This document shows positions 17,390-24,571 of a stretch of DNA of 32,000 bases, one piece after another. Source of the stretch: Acaryochloris thomasi RCC1774 (GTDB lineage Bacteria; Cyanobacteriota; Cyanobacteriia; Thermosynechococcales; Thermosynechococcaceae); the NCBI RefSeq assembly GCF_003231495.1, contig NZ_PQWO01000007.1, positions 150,001 through 182,000 of the forward strand, written 5' to 3'. Made by a program: the position numbers and the translations under genes. The stretch's first letter is position 1. Each line of letters opens with the position of its first letter. Under the pieces are notes generated by a model that ran no database searches, had not been told where the DNA came from, and saw only the letters and a list, made by a program, of their open reading frames with translations.

Positions 17390-18085
17390 ATGCCTAGACT
17401 CATCACTGACTTTGACGGTCCTATTATTGACGTCTCTGAACGTTACTACAGGGTTTATCAGTATTGCTTGGCAGCAGTCAGCCAGCCAGAGCAGCGGGTG
17501 CGGCAGCTCACGAAGCAAGAATTTTGGTCTTTGAAGAGATCGCAAGTTCCCGAGGCTCAAATTGCAATCAGATCGGGTTTAAGTGACGATCAGTCCTTCC
17601 ATTTTTCTAAGCTACGCCGAGATACGGTTCACACCATGCCGTACTTTCAGTACGATACGCCGGTGCCGGGGGCCGTGGAAGCCTTGGAAATGCTGCAACA
17701 GGCTGGGTTTGATCTGGTGGTGATGACCATGCGGCGCACCCGAGAGCTAAATTACGCTCTGCAGCGGTATGATCTTGAACGCTTTTTCCCGCTGGATCGT
17801 CGTTACTGCCTCGCCAATGATTACGTGAAGACGATTGATACGAAAGATAAGCCTCTGCTGATGGCCCGAGCCATGCGAGAGCTGCCGACCACCTATTCCA
17901 CCTGGATGGTGGGTGATACAGAGGCGGATATTGCTGCGGCGCAGTCTCAGGGCCTGCCTGCGATTGGGGTGTTGTCTGGGATTCGCGATCGCAAGCGGTT
18001 CGAGCAATATGGCCCAACCTACATCGCGTCTGATCTAGCTGCTGCTGTAGAGCTGGTCTTGGATCGCTGTTTGCTAGCTGTCTAA
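17390..18085 (+). CDS. HAD-superfamily hydrolase (phosphoglycolate-phosphatase-like)
   Basis: 231 aa. HAD motif I is ITDFDGPIIDV, the motif II region is VVMTMR, and motif IV is MVGDTEADIAAA. Confidence 0.85.
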   Translation: MPRLITDFDGPIIDVSERYYRVYQYCLAAVSQPEQRVRQLTKQEFWSLKRSQVPEAQIAIRSGLSDDQSFHFSKLRRDTVHTMPYFQYDTPVPGAVEALEMLQQAGFDLVVMTMRRTRELNYALQRYDLERFFPLDRRYCLANDYVKTIDTKDKPLLMARAMRELPTTYSTWMVGDTEADIAAAQSQGLPAIGVLSGIRDRKRFEQYGPTYIASDLAAAVELVLDRCLLAV

Positions 18086-18236
18086 TCGCTTTTGCCGCGT
18101 CGATCTTGGCAATTGATGATCGAAAGACCCTCTATCAATAGTATTTTGAAACATAGGGGTTCTATTCTGAGGACAATAATCCTCGACTCAATAAAGACTC
18201 AATAAAGACCCTGCGTAGCGATTTGGGATAAGCCGG

Positions 18237-18950
18237 ATGAAACACATATGGAATGCCTGTCAAGGTTACAGCTTAAGACGAGGGATGGTTGCCATCACTG
18301 CCCTGCTGATGGGGCTTCAGCTCTTAATTACGGCACCGGTCTTAGCCGCTACCACTGTTCTTGATGTCCCCAACATCACGGCTGATCCTAACAACTGGGT
18401 CGCAGATGAAGCTAACCTTTTGAGTCCTATTGCTACGCGAACTGTCAACAAAACTCTCTCGCAGGTGGCGAAGCAAACCGGTAACGAAGTCCGTATGGTC
18501 ACGGTTCGCGGTCTAAACTATGGCGTGACGCCACAAGCGTTTGCCGATGAGCTTTTCGAAGAGTGGTTCCCTGCTGAGTTTCAGGGCAATCAAGCTTTAT
18601 TACTGTTGGACGTGAAGACAAAGGATGCTGCTATTCGCGTCGGTGAGCAGGCCAAAGATGCTATCCCAGACGACTTAGCGCAGAGCTTAGCGCTAGAGTC
18701 TCTGCTGATTCCGGTCCGCCAAGGCAACTATAATCAGGCATTTCAAGATACAGCGGCTCGAATTGAAGCTGTCCTGGCAGGCAACGCGGATCCTGGACCA
18801 CCCGTGGTCGAAATCGCGCAGCTTCCCGAACGTAACTACAAGACTTCGGAAGAAACAAATGATTTCAACGCCACGATTATTGTGGTTGTTCTGTTGGCCC
18901 TAGCGACCATTGTGCCGATGGTGACTTATTTTATGTACCAAAGACCGTAG
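18237..18950 (+). CDS. TPM-domain protein (TLP18.3/Psb32-like architecture)
   Basis: 237 aa: a signal-like N-terminus, a TPM-type core (VADEANLLSP...VAKQTGNEVRMVTVRGL...ALLLLDVKTKDAAIRVGE) and a C-terminal TM helix (IIVVVLLALATIVPMVTYFMY). This matches the domain order of the PSII repair factor Psb32. Confidence 0.8.
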   Translation: MKHIWNACQGYSLRRGMVAITALLMGLQLLITAPVLAATTVLDVPNITADPNNWVADEANLLSPIATRTVNKTLSQVAKQTGNEVRMVTVRGLNYGVTPQAFADELFEEWFPAEFQGNQALLLLDVKTKDAAIRVGEQAKDAIPDDLAQSLALESLLIPVRQGNYNQAFQDTAARIEAVLAGNADPGPPVVEIAQLPERNYKTSEETNDFNATIIVVVLLALATIVPMVTYFMYQRP

Positions 18951-18981
18951 CTGCTAAACCGATCTGCTCTTTTCATTGTTC

Positions 18982-19022
18982 AGCAACGATTCCTCAAGTC
19001 CGGGGGATCGTTGCTTTGTTTG
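18982..19022 (+). terminator. intrinsic terminator after the TPM gene
   Basis: A 12-bp stem, agcaacgattcc (18982-18993) with ggggatcgttgct (19004-19015), including one G-U pair, and a 10-nt loop. It is followed by ttgtttg and ends 27 nt before the DUF790 ATG. Confidence 0.55.
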
Positions 19023-19048
19023 AAGTCTAATCTAGAAGTTCGTTAGCT

Positions 19049-20269
19049 ATGCTGCCCACAGATTTATTGATGCACCGCTATAGTGGCGAGACTCTTGTTC
19101 CCAAACGGTTGGCGCTCAATGAAGAAAATCTTGCGATCGCAACCACCCTAATCACCTGCTTTCAGTTGGCCCAGGGCGAAACCAAAGGCAGTCTAAACCA
19201 CCGCCTGCAAGAACTAGAAGGCGACAGCACCAACTACCGCATCAAGCGAGGACTGGCCCATATCTTGACGGGGCTTAGTACCTTTGAAACCATCAGTCCT
19301 TTAGAGCCACCAGATCTACGTCAGCGCACCTTTCAGCTATCAGCACAAAGCGTTGCTAGCCCGCGAGCCACCCAAATTACCCTCGAGAAAGTAGCCGATC
19401 AGCTCACCCAAAGTCTAGGGCATGATGTTCATCCCGAGCAGGTCCGCCAGGGCCTTTATGCCGACCTCGCTGACAATCAAATTTTGACCCAATTTGAAGC
19501 TCCCACTGCTGAAGCTCTGCTGCATCGCTATAATCTTTCTCAAGTCCAAGGCGTATTCTACCGGGCTAGCCAGATTATTCTCACCGCCCACCGTAATGAT
19601 CCAGGAGAATATAAGCTGCTGTTTCGCTACCTCAAGCTGTTTGGCCTGATGGCCTACATTGAAGGGGATGCCGACCACGGATTCACCCTCACTATTGATG
19701 GTCCTGCCAGTCTTTTTAAAGCCAGTACACGTTACGGTTTGGCCTTAGCCAAGCTGCTGCCTGCGCTACTCCACGTCACCAAATGGAGTCTAACAGCAAC
19801 CATCAATACCCGAGATACCTATACAAAAACGACCCGAACCCGTCAGTTTGCCTTAAACTCTGACTGCAGTCTGACCAGCCACTATCCGCCAGGAAAGCCT
19901 TTTGACAGCATGCTAGAAGAAAGCTTTGCCGATCGGTGGCAGAAAACGAAGACTCCATGGCAGTTAGAACGAGAGGTCGATCTGATTCCGATTCCTGGGA
20001 GTGTCATGATTCCTGATTTCCGTCTCGTTCATCCCGATGGCCGGACGTTCTTACTCGAAATCGTCGGTTACTGGCGCTCTAAGTATCTACAAAAAAAATT
20101 CGCTCAGGTCCGTAAAGCCAATCGCAGCGATTTGATCCTAGCTATCTCTGAGCGCCTCAACCTAGATAAAGCAGGCGTCAAAGTTGAAGGAACACCGGCC
20201 CAGATGATTTGGTTTAAATCAAAGCTATCTCCCAAAGCCGTGCTAGAGGTGCTGGAGCCGGCGACATGA
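19049..20269 (+). CDS. DUF790-family protein (Bax1-type XPB-associated endonuclease)
   Basis: 406 aa. The N-terminus MLPTDLLMHRYSGETLVPKRL is typical of DUF790. The C-terminal nuclease-like core is ERE...IPDFRLVHPDGRTFLLEIVGYWRSKYLQKK (E...PDF...E-x-x-G-x-W...YL..K pattern). Confidence 0.8.
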   Translation: MLPTDLLMHRYSGETLVPKRLALNEENLAIATTLITCFQLAQGETKGSLNHRLQELEGDSTNYRIKRGLAHILTGLSTFETISPLEPPDLRQRTFQLSAQSVASPRATQITLEKVADQLTQSLGHDVHPEQVRQGLYADLADNQILTQFEAPTAEALLHRYNLSQVQGVFYRASQIILTAHRNDPGEYKLLFRYLKLFGLMAYIEGDADHGFTLTIDGPASLFKASTRYGLALAKLLPALLHVTKWSLTATINTRDTYTKTTRTRQFALNSDCSLTSHYPPGKPFDSMLEESFADRWQKTKTPWQLEREVDLIPIPGSVMIPDFRLVHPDGRTFLLEIVGYWRSKYLQKKFAQVRKANRSDLILAISERLNLDKAGVKVEGTPAQMIWFKSKLSPKAVLEVLEPAT

Positions 20270-20317
20270 AGATCGACATACGATTTGATCAATCAGTTAC
20301 ACGGGAGGTAAAAGACA

Positions 20318-21091
20318 TTGTCCGCTGCATCTGCTCCTGAATTTGGCTGTCTCTACGGCGTGGGGGTTGGACCCGGCGATCCAGAACTCATTAGCATTAA
20401 GGGACTGCGCTGTCTTCAACAAGCCCCGATTGTTGCTTTCCCTGAAGGAATTAAAGGGGGGCCTGGTATCGCCGAGCAGATTATTGAATCTTGGATCAGT
20501 CCTTCCCAACATCGGCTTCCTCTCTCTTTTCCCTACGTTCAAGAACAATCCACTCTGGAACGGGCTTGGCATCGGGCTGCTGAACAAGTCGGTCAGTTTT
20601 TAAAGGAAGGAAGGGATGTCACCTTTGCCTGTGAAGGTGATGTCAGTTTTTATAGTACGTTTACCTATCTGTCTCAAGCTGTTCGAGCACTATACCCTCA
20701 GGCAAGAGTCGAGACGATCCCAGGAATCTGCTCACCGATGGCAGCGGCAGCAGCGGCTGGCCTACCTCTGACCGTACAGCGAGATCGCCTTGCCGTCTTA
20801 CCGGCTCTCTACCGCCTAGAAGATCTAACAGCAGTCATGGCCTGGGCTGAAGTGATTGTGATGATGAAAGTTGGCTCTGTCTATCAGAAAGTGTGGTCTT
20901 TGCTCGATCAGGCTCAGCTTTTGGCCCACAGTTATGTCGTCGTTCAGGCCAGCACTACTCAACAGCAAATTTATCAGAATTTACAAAATTATCCCCAGCT
21001 TGAGCTGCCCTACTTTTCGTTGCTGATTATTCACGTCAAGGTCACTAAAGAAAAGGCATTGCCGAACTCGAGAGGGCTGTCTCGCACCTAA
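20318..21091 (+). CDS. cobI: precorrin-2 C(20)-methyltransferase (CobI/CbiL)
   Basis: 257 aa. It has LYGVGVGPGDPELISIKGLRCLQQAPIVAFP, the tetrapyrrole methylase fold signature, and GDVSFYSTF. TTG start with GGAGG (20304-20308) 9 nt upstream. Confidence 0.9.
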   Translation: MSAASAPEFGCLYGVGVGPGDPELISIKGLRCLQQAPIVAFPEGIKGGPGIAEQIIESWISPSQHRLPLSFPYVQEQSTLERAWHRAAEQVGQFLKEGRDVTFACEGDVSFYSTFTYLSQAVRALYPQARVETIPGICSPMAAAAAAGLPLTVQRDRLAVLPALYRLEDLTAVMAWAEVIVMMKVGSVYQKVWSLLDQAQLLAHSYVVVQASTTQQQIYQNLQNYPQLELPYFSLLIIHVKVTKEKALPNSRGLSRT

Positions 21092-21310
21092 AATGGTGGA
21101 GCTGATTCAAAGAATAGGGTTGTGAGTAGTCATTTCTAATCGCCTTGGATTGAGCCTCAACAAGTGTTTCTTTCGATACCTTCACTCTCATCTACCCCAG
21201 GCTTAATGAGAATTCTTGCGGATACCGCAGATAATGTAGACAATAGAAAAACACTCGCCAGTGGTAGGCCCATCGCAAGCGATGTCATGTACACCTGCAT
21301 CTTGTCTTAA

Positions 21311-22429
21311 ATGGAGTTCTCCTCAATCCTTCAACTCGAAGAGATTACTAAGTCTTTTTCTCCTAAAATCCCTCCAGCGGTTGACCACGTTACCCTTGAG
21401 CTTGAGAAAGGGAATATTTTGGGTCTACTGGGGCCATCAGGGTGTGGTAAGACCACCTTACTGAGAATTATTGCTGGTTTTGAGCAGCCGCAAGGCTATC
21501 TATGTTTAGATGGTGTTCTCGTCTGTGGTCAAGGCGTTTGGGTTGCACCCGAGCATCGCTCGGTGGGAATGGTTTTTCAGGATTTTGCTTTATTCCCGCA
21601 CCTGACGGTTGGCGATAATGTGGGGTTTGGGTTACAGGGCAGTCGAAAGACCGGCGATCTTTCCCGACGAGTGGCTGAAGTAATGGATCTTGTCGGTTTG
21701 CGGGGCATGGAAAAGCGCTATCCCCACGAGCTATCGGGAGGGCAGCAGCAGCGGGTGGCGCTGGCGCGGGCCTTGGCGCCCCAACCGAATTTAGTGTTGC
21801 TTGATGAACCCCTTAGCAATTTAGATGTGCAGGTGCGGCTGCGACTGCGGCAAGAGCTTCGAGATATTCTCAAGATTGCTGGGACGTCTGCTGTTTTCGT
21901 GACCCACGATCAAGAAGAAGCAATGGCAATGGCTGATCAAGTGGCCGTGATGCGAGCCGGTAAACTTGAGCAGGTCGGCAGGCCAGAAGATATTTATCAG
22001 CACCCTCAGTCTCAATTTGTGGCTGAATTTGTAACTCAGGCTAATTTCTTGCGCGTCCACCGTCAAGGAAATGACTGGCAAACGGAGGTGTCAGATTTTG
22101 CCATCGTTCCAGATGACTCAGAGACCCTCATTGATGCCGCACTGCTTGACAGCTGCTCTACAGGCACCCTTATGATTCGTCAAGAGGATTTGCAACTACG
22201 GCCTAATGCTGAATCTACCACCACGATTCGAGATCGCCAGTTCCTTGGGCGTGAATATCGTTATTGTCTCCAAACTGATTCTGGCAAGGAGTTACACGCC
22301 CGTACAGGAATCGGCCAGGCGCTGGCTATTGGTACGGCTGTGAAGTTGTCGCTGGCAACTCAACGCGTCCAGATTTTCCCAGACCTAGCCTCACCGAAAT
22401 TGTCTCGCCCTATGACCTTGCAATGTTAA
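21311..22429 (+). CDS. ABC transporter ATP-binding protein (CysA/PotA/FbpC-like with C-terminal TOBE-like region)
   Basis: 372 aa. Walker A is GPSGCGKTT, the signature is LSGGQQQRVALARAL, and Walker B is LLDEPLSNLD, with an H-loop VTHDQ. No permease or binding-protein gene is adjacent. Confidence 0.9.
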   Translation: MEFSSILQLEEITKSFSPKIPPAVDHVTLELEKGNILGLLGPSGCGKTTLLRIIAGFEQPQGYLCLDGVLVCGQGVWVAPEHRSVGMVFQDFALFPHLTVGDNVGFGLQGSRKTGDLSRRVAEVMDLVGLRGMEKRYPHELSGGQQQRVALARALAPQPNLVLLDEPLSNLDVQVRLRLRQELRDILKIAGTSAVFVTHDQEEAMAMADQVAVMRAGKLEQVGRPEDIYQHPQSQFVAEFVTQANFLRVHRQGNDWQTEVSDFAIVPDDSETLIDAALLDSCSTGTLMIRQEDLQLRPNAESTTTIRDRQFLGREYRYCLQTDSGKELHARTGIGQALAIGTAVKLSLATQRVQIFPDLASPKLSRPMTLQC

Positions 22430-22500
22430 TCCCACCGGATTGTTACCGTCGGGATCAATCGGTAATTTACTGTGGGAGATGCTTCTATTGTTGGTGCGCA

Positions 22501-23526
22501 CTACTGGCGGCTGCTTATTTCCCTGTTTGCTGCAGCAGAAAATATTTTCTTTAGCGCCTGGGACAATGATGGATTGCGCTTGAAGGCTTCGTAGGCAACT
22601 CCAGAGCCGAGTAAAGCCATCCCCCAGAAACCGACGGCTTGAAACACTCGGCGACGCGAAAAGAAACCGCCCTGAGCAAGAGGCTCAATTGCTTCCAGTG
22701 CATCCATTGCTGATGAATACCGCTGCCGAAAATCGTAGCGCACCATCTTATCCAAGACCTCAGCCAATGCAGGGGTAACGTTGGCATACCGTCGCCAAAG
22801 AATCTCACCTGTCTTCGGATTGGCCGACAGTTTTCCCTTCGCTGGATCCCGTCCCGTTAGTGCCTGGATCGCAATCATGCCTGCTGCGTAAACGTCGCTA
22901 CTGTAGTTGGGACGTCCCATCGATTGTTCCCCTGGCATGTATCCTGAGGTTCCAATCACGACGGTTCGAGAGGGTTGTCGCTGACTTTTTACAGAGCCAA
23001 AGTCAATCAAAACTACTTTTTTGTCTTTGCGTCGCCGGATTATATTAGCGGGCTTGAGATCGCGATGAATTACGCTTTGCCGATGTACAAATGCTAGCGT
23101 CGTCAGAATATCCTGAAGAAAAGCAATAACCTTCGCTTCACTCCAGCGCCGTCCCCACTGCAGCTCCTGCTTCAGATTTCGCCCATCAATATATTGCTCA
23201 ACCAGAAAAAAATCTTGGTCTTCAACGAAATTGTCAAAAAGTTCAGGGACTTGGTCATACTTTCCTAAACGTTTAAGAACCTTGATTTCAGTTGAAAAGA
23301 GCCGTCTAGCCGTCCGAACCGTAAAATTATCATCGGAGTCTGTCTGCAGCTTCTTGACAATGCAGCGTCGTCTGTCTTGCTGCGTATCAATGGCGAGAAA
23401 AGTTTTGCTAAATCCACCGCCTCCCAAACTCTTGACTATTTTATAGCGATCAGCGAGCTTGCGTCCTAACATGAATTGCGAATGCCCTTGCCGTGCCTGC
23501 AGTAAACTATCATACGGCACAGCCAA
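22501..23526 (-). CDS. Hanks-type Ser/Thr protein kinase with C-terminal membrane anchor
   Basis: 341 aa. Motifs seen: GGGGFSKTF, VKKL, HRDLKPANI, DFG and GTSGYMPGEQ, plus a TM helix near the C-terminus (AVGFWGMALLGSGVAY). The track start is TTG (23526). ATG at 23472 (MLGRKLADRYKIV) is at least as likely. Confidence 0.9.
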   Translation of the reverse strand: MAVPYDSLLQARQGHSQFMLGRKLADRYKIVKSLGGGGFSKTFLAIDTQQDRRRCIVKKLQTDSDDNFTVRTARRLFSTEIKVLKRLGKYDQVPELFDNFVEDQDFFLVEQYIDGRNLKQELQWGRRWSEAKVIAFLQDILTTLAFVHRQSVIHRDLKPANIIRRRKDKKVVLIDFGSVKSQRQPSRTVVIGTSGYMPGEQSMGRPNYSSDVYAAGMIAIQALTGRDPAKGKLSANPKTGEILWRRYANVTPALAEVLDKMVRYDFRQRYSSAMDALEAIEPLAQGGFFSRRRVFQAVGFWGMALLGSGVAYEAFKRNPSLSQALKKIFSAAANREISSRQ

Positions 23527-23531
23527 ACCGC

Positions 23532-23557
23532 GCCGGACGACTACATAGTCGTCCGGC
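23532..23557. promoter_or_regulatory. perfect 12-bp-arm palindrome between PadR gene and kinase gene (terminator or operator)
   Basis: gccggacgacta ca tagtcgtccggc. The arms are exactly complementary. It lies 67 nt below the PadR stop and 6 nt above the TTG start of the kinase. Confidence 0.4.
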
Positions 23558-23624
23558 CGATACTTTCTCTAACGAGGGAAGATATGGGTCAATCTTTCCC
23601 GTATAAAGAGAGGGTGAGGATGTC

Positions 23625-24059
23625 TTAGCCTGATTGTCGCTGTTGAGGCTTGACCGCCGATTCTTGCTCGCCGATGTACTTATGCCACAAACGGCCTAGG
23701 CTTCTGGCTTCATCCCGCTTTTCTGTATCAATTTGGTACATTCGCCGAGGTCGACCTCGACCCTGTACCTTCTGCCAGTAGCCTCTGATTACCCCTTCTT
23801 CTTCTAAAAACTTAAGGGCACCATATAGAACGGTATCCGATAAGCGATAAAGCGAATGCTCAGCTTCGACTAGCTGAATCAGAGCGGTTCCGTAGGAATC
23901 ACCATGTTCTACTAAGACTGCCAGAATATAGCAGACAGCTACTTCCTTGCTGAGATAGATAGGTGGTGGATCTTGAAAATACTGGTAAATATCTTGAAAT
24001 TTCATATTCCTGTCTCTACCAATTGGCCCCCCGATAGCAATGCAAACAGGTCTGTGCAC
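23625..24059 (-). CDS. PadR-family winged-helix transcriptional regulator (Pex-like)
   Basis: The PadR core is YILAVLVEHGDSYGTALIQLVE...YRLSDTVLYGALKFLEEEGVIRGYWQKVQGRGRPRRMYQI. The probable real start is ATG at 24005 (MKFQDIYQYF), giving 126 aa. Pex-likeness is from memory of the family, not a search. Confidence 0.85.
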   Translation of the reverse strand: MHRPVCIAIGGPIGRDRNMKFQDIYQYFQDPPPIYLSKEVAVCYILAVLVEHGDSYGTALIQLVEAEHSLYRLSDTVLYGALKFLEEEGVIRGYWQKVQGRGRPRRMYQIDTEKRDEARSLGRLWHKYIGEQESAVKPQQRQSG

Positions 24060-24070
24060 TTGCGTAATTG

Positions 24071-24088
24071 TGTGATTAAAACCTCACA
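24071..24088. promoter_or_regulatory. candidate operator palindrome TGTGA-N8-TCACA upstream of the PadR gene
   Basis: tgtgattaaaacctcaca lies 66 nt upstream of the probable ATG (24005). PadR-family operators are typically short inverted repeats with an 8-nt spacer. Confidence 0.3.
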
Positions 24089-24571
24089 ACTGTCGATATA
24101 AGTCAAAAATAGCGATTTTTATCACGATTTTTAACTTAACGGCATGCATTAACCTGCGATTAGGATATTATCATGTACTTTCACCAACAAGAGTTAAATT
24201 CCCCTCGACAGGCATCCTTATTTAAGGTACTTAATCTAGGCTCGAAAACCACCCCATTCTCTTAGACCTCCATTCAATATTTTATTTGATGTGTTGTTGA
24301 GGCCAGAGAACCTGTATTCTTAGCTCCTTTTGTTCTATCGACTGCAATGCTTGACTCGTGGTTCTATTGGTACCGTAAAACCGAGTGATTTACGGTTGAA
24401 GACGTCAATCAATTTGGCACTATCGACCCCATGACCCTTTGTCTACCAGCAGTATGCAATTGCCGGTTTTGCTGTGGATAAACCGAAGGAGTAGGTATCT
24501 TATACGCTAACTGCATGCTTTTTTGAGCCTAACGCTACAATCAGAGGCAGGTTTAAGGAATGAGTTAAAGA

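Noticed and set aside
21092-21310. Possible cobalamin riboswitch between cobI and the ABC ATPase
   Set aside because: The context was suggestive (B12 pathway gene plus transporter ATPase). However, I could not find the B12-box or the conserved GGGAA/GGTG...CCC core, only a loose GCCAGTGG. A covariance-model scan would be needed to exclude it formally.
24071-24088. TGTGA...TCACA as a CRP/SyCRP binding site
   Set aside because: The half-sites match but the spacer is 8 nt, not the canonical 6. I kept it instead as a candidate PadR-type operator at low confidence.
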